Shown here: positions 51,226 through 64,000 of the stretch, one piece after another | Position numbering within the stretch: position 1 is the stretch's first letter | How the letters are laid out: every line of letters starts with the position of its first letter | Assembly: GCA_002633005.1 (NCBI GenBank) | Contig: NMRA01000049.1 | Location: 62,001-126,000, forward strand | DNA: 64,000 nt | Source: Phoronis australis | Lineage: Eukaryota; Animalia; Phoronida | Direction of reading: 5' to 3' | Program-made: the position numbers and the translations under genes | Notes under the pieces: model-generated | What the model was told of the DNA's origin: nothing | Seen by the model: only the letters and a program-made list of their open reading frames with translations | Database searches by the model: none

Positions 51226-53759
51226 TATTACTACATGTATTGTTAGAACATTATAGGAAGCCACCAGTACCTACAGGTTAGTCCTAACGAAATCTGTAGG
51301 CGAAAAATTCATAACAAACCTCACTTGTCATGAACTTGAGCCGAGTGATACTCTGCCAAATTCATTAATGAACGATTGAATAACAAGGCCAACTACAGCG
51401 GCTGGGCTAAGTGTAATTAATTCTGGTATACAGTACAAACATCGCAACACCGAACACACAATATAAAAATAATTGAGTAAAACTACTATACAGTTAGAAT
51501 ATCTTGGCGATTAAACTGTCTTGCAAAAATATGGAAAATAAATTAAGACGGGGAAAACTAAGATACCGGAGGTCTCCCACCACTTTGTTCGGTGGCTGCC
51601 GGCGGCCAACAGAGAACCTGTGGAATACCAACTGGTGGCGAAATAATTTCAGAAAGAAAACTTGGTATGGTGCCAAAAGGCGTTATACAAATAAATGAGT
51701 TTAAAGTAAAAGGAAGAATTTTTTCTCCACGTTTATTAGATAACCAAGTAAGTGATACATAAGAGAAACAAGTCTTTACAGACATGAATCACTGGTTGTA
51801 ACTAGTGCTAAGGCAAGAGCTGTCTGAGACACAGTCATGTGTCTCACACACACGCACACACAAAACCTGCTTATATTGTATACTAAATATTGTGCTGGAA
51901 TATGGTTGTCGTTTACAAATTATTCTAAGCATCCATTTTTGTGAAAATGATACTTAAGCTTATTTTCAGATAACAACCCAGTTTGATTTTGACGACTGCA
52001 ATGAATGGTACCTGCCAACGCAATCGGTGGGAGAAGATGTCTCTTCTTTCTAGACATAAAATAACATTAAGTGACTTGCTTCTCTTCCCACTAAATCCAC
52101 ATATAACAGTGAAAGCATATAAATTTTTGCTTATTTGCTTAGTTGTCTACAGATGATAGAAACTACGATATTTTTGTTAGAAAGATTTCATGAAAGAACA
52201 GTCAAAGTAAAAGGAAGAATTCCCGTTTGGCCTGAAACATTCGTATTAGCTACTACACGGCGGAGCAAGACCGCATGGCCTGCGTGGACATCTGTGCTCC
52301 GCGTTGCACGATGAACACATTAATTAGGTCCGTGGGCATTGAATGGGTGAAATGTGCACGACAAAGAGATTAAAAAATACTGGGTCATGCTCCTAACATT
52401 ACAACATTTTTCCATCGCCGACACCCAGCTCTACGCTCCCACCAATTGCAGAATTTTTAAATTTAGACACCGGATGTGATTTAAATTTTTGTCACGTTTT
52501 AAAATATGTTAATCATCGAAAATCAAAGTCAATTTAACGAGTGATTATTTTCCCGGCGAAGTGACACGGCAACTGCCATGGAATTACTTTGCTGTTACTT
52601 TGTCATGTCCGTGCAGCAAATATGAAGCACAATTGCGCGTTACTAAAATTCAGGTGAGGAGCGTACTGTTTTGAGATACCGGTAAAACATGTTTTGCTTG
52701 TTGCAACATCGCTGTCTGTGGATGTTTTTTTCTCTACTTAACATTTTTAACGGCCAGTAAAACCAGTACTGATTTGCTGCCAAGTACGCAGAAATCCGCT
52801 CACACGTGTCACATTGCAATTGCCCAGGCTACTACTTCGCATCAGTTTCATGATATGACAATAAAGATAAGACATTTGCCGATCTAGAAAAAATTTCCTG
52901 TAAGGGGTACTCTTTCTGAAATTTGACGTACCCTCGCGATGAGTCAGGGCTCATCTCAGCAGTGTTGGCTGCCGGAGATGCGACATATTTTCAAATTTAT
53001 GATTGCATTAAATACCACTCCTTAAATGCAAAGAACAGATAAAATTTGGACAATAAATAATCAAATTTGTATAAAAAGAGCCAAAATGAGAATCAGAAAC
53101 AACCAAACAAAATAACAATATGCTCACGGTGATATCAATACATTTTCGTGGAAATCATTCTTTGACTGATGTACAGGGAACTCAGGTCACAGAAACAGTC
53201 GACGATTTTTCGCTCTCGGCCGAGGTACAAAATTGTGCTCAAAAAGTCTTTTAGTTTGATAACAGAAAGGAGGTAAATATTATGCCTTGTTACATTACTT
53301 AATTTTGTATACATTTTTAAGTTTTCGAACTAGATTACCCTTTGAGATAAGGACGTAAAGGAAAATTTGAAATAAATAAATCCAATAGAAGCCAATTAGG
53401 ACTGAGAATGATAAATTGCCAATGAGCGCATAACACATGGGGTACTCCTGACCAGTACTTTTTGACAGGGAGGGACCTGCCAAGAAATTATTGGTATTCC
53501 CACCCTTTTAGAGAATTGGCAAGAGAAATATCCATCATTTCAGCAAGTTAGGTTAAGAAAATGCTCACCGAGAAACTGTAGATTTTATAATCTATAAAAC
53601 AAAAAACAGGCATGAAACCTACTGCAGTGTGGTGATTAGTGTAATAGGCCCGGCCTTGAGGTCGAAATACGCCTGATGCACCGCAAAAGACATCAGGACA
53701 CCTGCAGTATGGAAAGCTAAAGTGGAAACAATTCTAGGACATAGATTCTCCATTCAAGA

Positions 53760-54275
53760 AGAATTAAATTCTAGGCAGGACCAATTAACAATATACCCTA
53801 AACCAAAATTTATCGTGTCAGAACCTATAATTTATTACATCATAACCAAAATTCAACACCTCAGGACTGAAAATTTATCATGCTAGAACATTAAATTTAA
53901 CACACCAGGATGCAAAATTTATAACATACAATTTCTTGCCAGAAGAAAAATTATTGCCAGGAAAAAATTTCAGGCCAGGAGAACATTTCTAATTGCCAAG
54001 AGAAAATTTCATGCCAGGAGACCACGTGTGACAATGACACTGTCTGGCATGAAATTTTACCTGACGTGAAATTTTCCTTATGTTTGAAATTTTCCTGATG
54101 TGTGAAATTTTCCTGACGTGAAATTTTTCAAACGTAATAAATTTTGTGTACTGGAGTGAAAAATTTTCGGTCCAGACTTGTTAAATTTTGGTTCTGACAT
54201 GATAAATTATAGTTCCTGGCAAGATGAATTTTGGTTTTGAGTATATTTCTTGGTCCTGCAGAGAATAAAAATTTT
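53760..54275. mobile_element. Foldback element with internal ~20-bp repeats
   Basis: GCAGGACCAA..AAACCAAAATT.ATC mirrored by GAT.AATTTTGGTTT..TTGGTCCTGC; tandem GAAATTTTCCTGA units and their complements. Confidence 0.7.
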
Positions 54276-55226
54276 TAATGGAAAATTTGTGTCCGGCAAT
54301 TTTTCCCACTTTGGCTTTCCATACTACAGATACCTGTGTCAAAAAGGTATCCTGTTGCACTGATCCTATCCCATAAAAAGAACCTTTTACACGTAGGGAA
54401 ACAAGTCATCAAAAGCTTACCATTCGGAGCATCACCATCCATATACAGTACATTTGGAGTTAACCCCCAAGAACAATGCTGACACCCCCCTTCCCCTTGG
54501 CATAACACATGCAGGTACCCCTCCAAATGAAGAGCTCACTTTACCCAAAACATAAAGTAATGAGACGGCCAAAAAGATGAACATGAATAGATGATAGGTG
54601 CCTATAAGCTGTGACTATCTGCATTAAAAACAATTCAAATAAACTCACCAGATGGAATAATAGTATTCAAGAATCATTGAGCTGATTGTTCCTGATGACC
54701 CGGGAAATGTTATCTGTAAATAGTCAGTTATGATAAGTTAAAAATGACGTGTGTCGAGACCCAATAAAATTAGGAAACTGGTAATTACATTCTTTAAAAT
54801 CCCTTATAAGAAAACGTAAAATAAACAATAGCTTACATGCCCAAATGAATGTGGCTCCGACATCAGGTATGATGAATAAGATAAGTGGCATGAAAGGCAA
54901 TATTATACAAACCAGTGTTCAGAACTACAAACTAGAGGATCAAGAGAAAATGACAAAAAGAAGAGAAAATGATAATAATCATACGTAGTGGCTCGTCGAC
55001 CTATGCTTTAATAAAGACACAGGATTTTAAAGTGTTTTACCAGTTTCTACAGTTATGATAACAAGACGGTTTACAAGCTGGAGTGCCGATCATTAGTCGG
55101 CAGACTTCCAGGTGCAGTGCCTCAGAGGACAGCCAAGTACTACAAGAGCAATGTGGAGCATTCATATACGCCCACCATGTGCACCATCGCATACAGTCCA
55201 GATGCAAGAGAAGACCATTACTTTAA

Positions 55227-55311
55227 CAGGGCTTGGAATGACCAATGACAAAAAATCGAAATCAAAAAGAGGAAATCCTCTTATCATGACAGAGGAAAAT
55301 TCCAAGCCCTG
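55227..55311. mobile_element. MITE with 14-bp TIRs ACAGGGCTTGGAAT; longer relatives at ~22385-22583, ~25417-25640, ~55697-55935
   Basis: ACAGGGCTTGGAAT...ATTCCAAGCCCTGT; shared CCAATGACAAAAAA and AAATCCTCTT blocks. Confidence 0.8.
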
Positions 55312-55944
55312 TTATAAACACAAAAACAAAAGAGAGCAATGGTAGTAAACCTAAAGTAGCCTCTAAAACGTTGAAAGCAAGTCAGCCATGCTGTCTTCAA
55401 TAGATGGAAGCAAGGTGGGCAACAACTTACTACTTAAAAGCAGGAAAACAATGAAAAGACCACTAGGGAGGGCTATGGAGATCAAAACCAGGCTTGTAGT
55501 GTCATCTATGTAATAGTAACATATTTGCCAAATCTCATTACTAACCTTTTGCGTATATTTAGGTACCGAAATATTTTATAATTTCTTCATGAGCAATCAA
55601 ATACTGCAATAATCGTTCAGCATATTCGGTCGAATCATAACCAAGATAAATATATCCTCCATAGCTTCAGACATTTCATGACACATAAACTGAATCAGGG
55701 CTTGGAATGACCATTGACAAAAAAGAGGACATTTTCCAGGTGATGTATTGCTCCAAAAATAAATAGGTTTGTGTGATAGAAACATTTTTTGTTGTAAAAT
55801 TTAAATGAAATAAAGGTCTTTGCATGAATAAAGTCAAAATAATCATAAAGAGACGAAAAAAGACGGAACTGGAAATCAAATAAGAGAAAATTGAAACCAA
55901 AAAAGAGAAAATCCTCTTAAAAGAGGAAAATTCCCGGCTGAATA

Positions 55945-57708
55945 TCAAGAGCAATGCGGAGCGTTGATATGCAACCACCACATGCATCGCATATTGTGCA
56001 AGGAATGATTACTATTTGAAACAATGTTCCCACAAAATGGAGCAATGCTCTCCTCAATAGGAAAATACCGGCCAAGACCATAAAGAATTAAAACTGACAC
56101 TGGGGGCAGAGTGGGTGTTGATAGGCTCAAAAGTCCTCATCTGTTGTCATATTCATAGAAATATATTTGCCAAATTTCATAGATCCTGCAGAAAGAAACT
56201 GTTGCATTTGCGAAAAAAAGCTAACTGCCACTAGGGGATGCCACAGTAGTTAAAACTACCAAAAAGCAGTTAACCATTTTACAACTTTCATTAGAATTCT
56301 TAGAGTGATTTGGCTGATAGAGAGATGGACACCTAAAACAGACTCAAACATAAAAAATGGCCACTTATGTACACGACATCAAATCCATCTGAAAACTAAG
56401 AGGTCATTGCCTTATTAAAAGAAACCAAATTCCATAAAAATACCATCAAAGAACTGATAAGATACATAGGAAAATGGAAGAAAATAAAATTCCACTAGGG
56501 GGTGCAGCGTTAGCCAGATCCATCCCATACAAATGTAACAAAGATTCTGCAGTAGGTTTACAAAATCTATACAGCTTACAGAAGCAGAGAAAACAAAACT
56601 GCCTCTAGAGAGCGCCACAGTATTCGACACCGTCCAAAACTCATTGTCAGCTTTCCTCTTCCAAGTAAGTTAGAACATGTATGCTAATAATTTTCACAAG
56701 CCAGGGTGGTTTGGCCAACTGGCATTACAGACCATTCTCCCGGGAGTGTAAAAATCAAGAAATTTCCTGTGATTATCACCAAAATCAGGCTATAAACTTG
56801 TCAAGCAAGCCTTTTGTGTTGGTGCATAATACTGTGGTTAAGCTTGTCAAAGCTTACAGTCACACAAAGGAATCAACAGGTGAAAGTTAAGTCTAATTTC
56901 TCTGAAAGTCAACCATTTTTTCCAGTCAAAGTTTTTTGATGAAAGTATTTGATACAAAACACATCTGCTTCATGGCATTTGTAGAAAGTCCTTTGCAAAT
57001 AGTATTTTTCAAATGTTGGTTAGCCTCAGGTATGCTGTTTACAACATAATTGCTGGATTACCTGTAGTGAGCTTATCAGATGAAAGCAGACAATAAGAGA
57101 GCTGGACTATTTAAACATTGGTTTGCCACTGTCAAACTGATAAGGACAGTAGTTGGATCCATTGGAAAGTTGTGGTCACCTGTTGCCACCTTCATACAAA
57201 TACACTAGTCAAATTTAACAAATATCCAGCAGAAGCTTTAGAGATACAGTCATGGATACAAAAAACAAAACTTCCACAAGGAGGCACAGCTGTAGTTGAA
57301 GCTGTCCAAAAATCACTGTCACTAAGAAGATGCCTCAATTTTCATAATCATCCTGACAGCAACTCTGACTCAAAAGCAGTAAAAATGGCCAATAGCAGGC
57401 ACAAAATAAGTGAAATCAGTTTGAAAACGTGAAAGTGGCATTATCTTTCTAATAGATACCTGTGTGCCAAATTTCATGAAAATCCACTGAAGAACTACAA
57501 AGATACAGAGGCAACGTAAAAAACTGAAATTGTCGCTAGGGGGCACACCGGTAGTCCGATCCATCCGATAACTCCCTCATGACGTCCCATCCATAAAAGG
57601 AACGTCACAGCAAAATTTCATAAACATGAATTCAGGTGTTTTGGAGATACAGCAGTGGACGCATGCCGGATGGATGGACAGAGATATAAATACGTGGGTG
57701 TATAAAAA
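55945..57708 (-). mobile_element. Old, diverged HINE-like family A copy with a nested insertion at ~56700-57145
   Basis: CAAGAGCAATGCGGAGCGTTG start; GGATGGACAGAGAT..CGTGGGTGTATAAAAA end; decayed CCACTAGG units. Confidence 0.7.
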
Positions 57709-58015
57709 TCGCAAGGCCACCAGTTTGAAATTCTTCAACCTTGACGTTCTTAAAGTTTTAATTTTTGTTTGGGAGATAACAATCCTCGGATCACTGAATA
57801 ACAATTATTCCGAGGAAAAAAAAATTCCAAACAGGGCAAAATATCGTCCCAAAAATAATAGTTTGAGGTGGTCCGCTTCAAAGCAAATACTTTTTTCACA
57901 GACCCAGAAATCGCTTGTACATTGTATCCACTCCCTCCAATACATTCACTAGTAAAACCAAACTCAGAGTAGTAGGAGACACATTTGTGCAATGCTTTAT
58001 AGTCTGCCAGCACAG

Positions 58016-58079
58016 CCAGGATTTGAACCAGGCCTCCCAAACGAGAGTCCTAATATCTTAAACCACTGAGCCACACTGT
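58016..58079 (-). mobile_element. tRNA-derived SINE-like head
   Basis: Minus strand GTGGCTCAGTGG (A box) ... GGTTCAAATCC (B box). Confidence 0.5.
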
Positions 58080-61000
58080 ATAAAATAAGCACTGCCTTGA
58101 AATGAGAATACCTTTCAGAATAAAAAATTTTATTACATCATGATCATAACAGACCGACAATATTTCAAAGTCAACAACTTGTCATATTGACATCCTGACT
58201 CCTCATATACTAAGCCTGATGAAGGCCTTACAGGCACACACCTTCCAAAAGATTAAAAGTTAGTGATAACAATAGCAACAGTATCACAATCCACTCTGTT
58301 ATAATGGACAAAGTGAACAGATAACTGCAACCCAACCCAGACAGCCAGAAATTGTAATTAGGCAAAAGCAAATGTTTACACAATAACAACAGTAGGGATA
58401 CTGTGTAATGCAATGGGCATTACAGAAATGAGCTGCATAACTGACTAGCAATTAGATTCTGCTTAATAAACATTCAGCGCCACCTTCAGGTCACCGATTA
58501 TATTGGCGTGGGGTTAAACAGTGGGATTTCATGCAATACTTTTTGGTGTTCAAACTCATGTCATTGAGGGGTGTGAATGTCAAACAACTTGACTCGAGCA
58601 AAAAAATCGCGAAAAAATAAACATTCGGGTTAACAACCCAGGGCAGTTAAAATGGCAACCCAACAATTTGAGTCTGATACTTATAACCACACACGGGCTC
58701 TGAAACATGAATTTTTAAGAAATCAGGGAATTGGGCGATTACCTGAACATGGGTGCTTAACCCAGGCCACCCACAACCCATGAACTTGAACCCCACATAC
58801 CCGAATTTCAAAGGATTTGCAGTGAACAGTATGGCTAGTAGAAGAGGAGAAAGATAAATCGGCCCTTTCTTAGACACGTGTATTCCAGTGGCTAAGTAAT
58901 GCAATTTGAAATAGGAGAAAATATACATTGAAAAACACCAAAATTCTAAGACTGACATGCCAATAATACCAACATCATCAGAGTCGTTGAAGAAGCAAAC
59001 TAGATATAAATCTAAGCAGAAACTCCTTCCATGTGTTAGTGTACTGTTCAAATTTTGCAACTCAAAGAATTTAAAAACTTCCTGTCAAAAACTATGACGA
59101 GGCATTGAAATTTTGTATGCACAAGACAAATATCTTATTGATGCATGAGAATGATACAATTGAAGTTCATTTCACAAAAAATCTGCTGTCTGATTTTAGT
59201 TACATAAATATTAAATAACTATTTTGCATGACATAAAATGCCTCAAATACTTCCAACTTTATGCCAATTACATTATTGAGTGATTCAAGTTAAACTTCGT
59301 GTGCCATATATTGAAGAACTACGTCACCCACCCTCCACAAAATGTCTCGTTGGCACTGAATACGTGCCACATATGGAAAAAACCAGGTCAATCACAGAAA
59401 GTCACGTGTAGAGTTCGTCACTTTGGCTTAGGATGTGAACAATGCTGGGGATTGGCTCTTAAAAGTGCGAGAAAAGAATGGTTCTTTTGAAGACCCAATT
59501 TGTTGTAGCAGAGATAATACAAGAGACTGTGGTCGACTTGGGGCCTGGCAAGTGTTAATTTTAACAATGTGGCCATTTTTAATGCACTGCAGAAGATGCT
59601 ATCAATATGATTTCCCTGGCGACTACTGGCGACGGCCAACTCCTGGCGGCTCTCACCCCAGTCTCACCCAGTCATTTCAAAAGAAATATTCGCGGTGCAC
59701 ACCATCTACAGTATTTCAAAAACAAAACAGAAACCCTTGCGAAAACTCTCATATGTCATGAGTTCATCATAAGGCAAGTGAACTTTTCATTGGTCAGGTG
59801 AGTTAAAGTGAGGGATTTGAACGTTATCCGAGGACTGGGTGCTGAATTGAAAATGTTTGGGTACTTAACCGAAAGGTGGGTGCTTATCAGGAAATCTTCA
59901 AAAGTTGTGCTTAACTAGAAAATCCACCTAAAGTGGGGACTGGGCGCTTTACGTCAATAATCAAAGAACAATACGTCTCCACCAACTTAATTTTCAATAA
60001 AGTATCAAACAGAACCAACTCTGTTTTTGGCCTTATCTTCAAATTTCAGAACAGGTCATGGGGAAGTAGAAGGCTTTGCCAAAGTTATGCAAAGATAACC
60101 GTAATCAACAGTTTTTCTAAGCAAGACCATTTATTTGTTTGTTGCATTATCAAGACTGCATTCAAAAGGGTTTATTCAATTTTAATTATTTCAGGTCCGT
60201 AGACCTCATATTGCGGCTTGCTTTCTAAAAGGGTGGGATTTTATTTTCCCATTCAGTTATACCGCTTTGAGAAGTGGAATTTCTAAGAGAAGGAAGATCA
60301 GAAGGAAGATCTGTCACTCAAAAGGAAAGCCAGCCCTCTTTGCAGTGATTTTTTTTGTTAAATTATGCAATTTTCTGGTTATCCTGATAAATTTTGCAGT
60401 TGACATTAAACTCTCTCCCTTGCCAAGTGAGCAAGGCAATTAGGAGAATGCGGGGTCAAGAGTTCATCCCCATAAAAAGTTACTCATTTCACATAAATTC
60501 AAATGAAACATGTATATATGCACATGGAGTTATAATTAACACATACCATGACTCTGAAAACAATTTAGTCAACATAACTTGAACACATCCATGAAAATCT
60601 GTCGCAGTTTGCCAGTTTCTCTTACCGGGTGCCATTCTAAGGAAGTTGCGTGAAATCACACGCGTAGACGAATAAAAAGTCCAACAGACATAAATCTTAC
60701 TAATTTCACCTGATATACTCCCATGCTATTTTGCAAGTGTCATGCGCCAGGTCACGCGCTTCGCTCAGTCTCGCGATAGCCTTTGCCTAACGCACGTGAC
60801 TCCTTTACCTTTCTTGGAGTTCCTTGGAGTGCTTTCAAGAAATTTGGTAAATGACTTTTGTATTACTGTATTGCTTCGCCTTTAGGACCACGGACCTATA
60901 TCTGAAATTATGGCCTTTTTAATCCTAGTAGTTCGCATACTGGCGCATTCGCCTAAGTTTCGCATTATCTAAGTGCAGTTCTGCGCGGACGACCATGGAT

Positions 61001-62929
61001 CTAATGGCATGGAAATACGGTAGTGTGCCCAGATAATAGAGGTGCTGAGGGACGGTTGCAGCATTTGTCTAGTAGTTAATAAGAACCCGGAAGAATTGAG
61101 AAAGTTCAAAATTAATCTAGGTTTACCAGAAAATCCTAATCTAAAAGAATACCAAGCTTGGCTTATTAACAGAGTGCAAAAACTTTCCCATGCAGTTCTC
61201 TGAAACAAATGTTCTCAGTAACCCTAAGCGTGAGTTACGCTTTTAGCGAACACAGCAACTGTGGGAAAAAACACCCACCAAGGACCGTAATATCCAATTT
61301 GTGACACAGCGGGAATACGAGTTTTTAGCTGATCCCTGCTTTTATCTTTCAAGATTGACGCCAATGATGCATTAGTAGTTGACCGAACAAGGATTGGTTG
61401 AAATCATCAAAACAGGGTTTAGTGTCCTTTTAGTAAAAGTAAATAACATTATGTGTATTCGTCTTTAGGGCAAGCATTCATAAACGTTGATGATCAGCTG
61501 TTTTACAACTAATTAGCATGGCATTAAAGCGTAAATTACTACAAGTAATATGTTGGCCAATCACATGAGATTACCATGAGTGAATAGAACCTACAAGTCA
61601 CGTGATTGGAACCTAGGCTTCTCACGGTAAGATACAGCTCTCGCAGCTGACGAACAGGAAAGATAAGATGTCTTATGAACATTCACATGCAATTTTTTTA
61701 AGACAACACATCTTTATTTTTTAATTTACCAGAGTTTCCAAATGCTGAACAGGGCAGCCTAACTAGTGTTTCTATTTGGATGCCCTGGACACCTTCCAGA
61801 TAGAGTGCCCAGTGGCATACCCTCTCAAAAATATTGGCAAGCTCTTTCCAGAGTCTGCTAGTCCTCAGAGACACATATAGACCATAAAGTTTCTGCAGAG
61901 AAAATATGCCAAAGCAAATTGACGTCATCTGATGTTTCTTAAAGTGATGGCTTAATCAGTGTGAGGCATAATTTGCCAAAAAGCTTCCAGCATATGGGGA
62001 AGACCTATGCAGGCACTCAATCCCTCGATTTGAGGGGCGAATATTGGCCCTATTCCCCTCTGAAAAATATCAAAAATGGATGCGAAATTACCCTCATAAG
62101 ACCCATTCCCCACCAGAGATTAAAATTCCCCTCAAGGTGCATCTCACTTGTAATTCACACAGTCAATGATTCGAAACAGCACAAAATGTTTTGATTTGGC
62201 TTCTTGAGGCAGAGTCGATGATGGCTTTTTAAATGAAAGGGGTAGTAGTACTGTTCAGTGACAGAAATTGGGGGTACAATTTTCCTCACAAAAAATTCCC
62301 CTCTTAGAAGACACAGGCACTTTTCCCCTCTGGTGAATGAGCGCTCTGCCAGGGGATGCGGTCTCTAATGGGAGCCAATTGAGACAGCGGTACTAGCTCA
62401 CTGGCAATCCCAGGTAGTGCTTTCACCACACAATTCATTTCCTGGAAAAAAATTGGAGTAAATGGGTCCCTCATCAAAAAGACTGCCATGAAGCAGTTCC
62501 ATTAAATAACGGCAATGAAGCTGGTTCTCCGCAGCCATTTTCAAGACCGACCCATATTTACTCCACTCTTACCCATTTCCCACACTATCTTCCGAACGTT
62601 TGGTCAAACATACCAGAAATATCGGCAGATCATCTACTAGAAAATTTACAGACAACTGTAAATATTCAAAAGAGAAATAGCAGATGTTTCCAACCTATTG
62701 TGCGCAAAACAGACTCCTGCAAATAGTTTCTATTCCCACGTACAATACCAGACTGGAACCAACTGCCAGAGCCGAGGAATTAGTTTGGTGCAGCTCAATC
62801 TACTGCCTTACTGGGAAGCCTTTCGATCAGGCCTCAAATCACTGCCGTTTTGATTACTTTGCTCTCTCTCTCTCCCCGTTGCCACTATTGGTTACTGCAA
62901 CGTGACAGACAGATTCAGATTTGGATTCA

Positions 62930-63330
62930 TAACTACCTGAGAATTAAATACAAACTTTAAACTAGGTCCTCACGATGCCGGTGAATGGTGAATCCCGGAA
63001 GTAAATATAACCTCTGCCACAGCGCTACCTATATGTGACTCTCGTCAGTCATGAATCTACCGGCTATACAGCCGGTAGATGACGCGCACGGTATCATTCC
63101 GAGCAGCACGCGTTTAATCACTGGTCAACATCTTTGCGAACAAAGTTTTCTCTCCACTGCAAATATTTCATTTCTGCAGCAATGTTTAATAGCCGCGTGG
63201 CCGATTTAACCGTTGTGTTATTCATACCACGTGCGGAATACAGGGCAGCAATTTGAAAACAAAAGTCAGCGACAAATGCACGCCCCGCCGGCGATCAAAT
63301 TGGCACCGTGACACCCACTGATCCACATTT
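62930..63330. promoter_or_regulatory. Candidate promoter or non-coding first-exon region of the LRRK-like gene
   Basis: Local CpG enrichment, ETS-type CCGGAAGT at 62995-63002, possible minus-strand donor CAG|GTAGTT at 62936; the first coding exon has an upstream acceptor, so a 5' UTR exon is expected. Confidence 0.3.
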
Positions 63331-64000
63331 CGTGAACATATTCCAATTAAGCACCGATTTGACTGTACAACAGACCGCAAACTGCATCCACATGTACACT
63401 TCCTCCATCAGATGCCAGTTTCAGGGTCGGGTCCAGAACTTTAGTTAGGAGGGGGAGCAGAGTATTCATCATGTAGCCAGGATTTCGGCCCCGCCCAGGC
63501 CTCACTCAGTCCCGACTGAACTGGCAAATGGAATTCGGGAAAATTTTAGGGGGTCCATGGCCCCCTCTAAATCCTCCTCTGATTTTGTTTACGTAAAGCG
63601 CTACCTGTGTTATAGTATATAAGTAAGTAAGAAGTAAAATGTTTATTTATCGGTATCGGAGATTGACAGAAAAACAGAAGCTAAGTGATAAAATGAGAAA
63701 TCAATATGTAGAAAACAGGTAGAAGGGCTATGTACAGAAAGTATACAAATAGACATGACTTGTCAAACATCAAAAGACAGTTGACAGCGTATTTGGCAAA
63801 GGTGGCATTCAGTTCACACTGAGCTTGGCTTATCATGGCGACTTAACTCATTTGTAAAGGTATTGAGATCTTGGCAACACAAAATATTTGACATGTGGGT
63901 TGCGATTGCATTTTTGGATTTAAATTAAAAAATAAATGAAACATTTTAGCACCCTGCTTGGCAAATAGCTAAAACCATTGTCGATTTAGTTGGGCAAGTT

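Noticed and set aside
50710-51264. 184-aa ORF
   Set aside because: Open only because it spans the N gap
58647-59060. 137-aa minus-strand ORF upstream of the gene
   Set aside because: No recognisable motif, non-ATG start, composition typical of AT-rich non-coding DNA

Overview
Eukaryotic, intron-rich, AT-rich animal DNA, probably an invertebrate draft assembly (single-n joins plus one N gap of about 405 nt). Most of the window is the 5' part of one minus-strand Roco/LRRK-family gene (ankyrin repeats, LRRs, Roc GTPase). I rebuilt it as 14 coding exons with consistent splice phases, except across an assembly break at 14515. It continues beyond position 1, so COR and kinase exons are not in the window. 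A broken plus-strand Academ-like (AcademX) transposon with ~140-bp subterminal repeats sits in the last visible intron. The introns hold many non-autonomous elements. The most striking is a DINE-1/Helentron-associated (HINE-like) family whose internal ~450-bp higher-order repeat carries a CTCF-consensus-like motif every 144-161 bp, with all copies in the same orientation. Several duplications flank single-n joins, including one of the first coding exon, and look like uncollapsed haplotypes.
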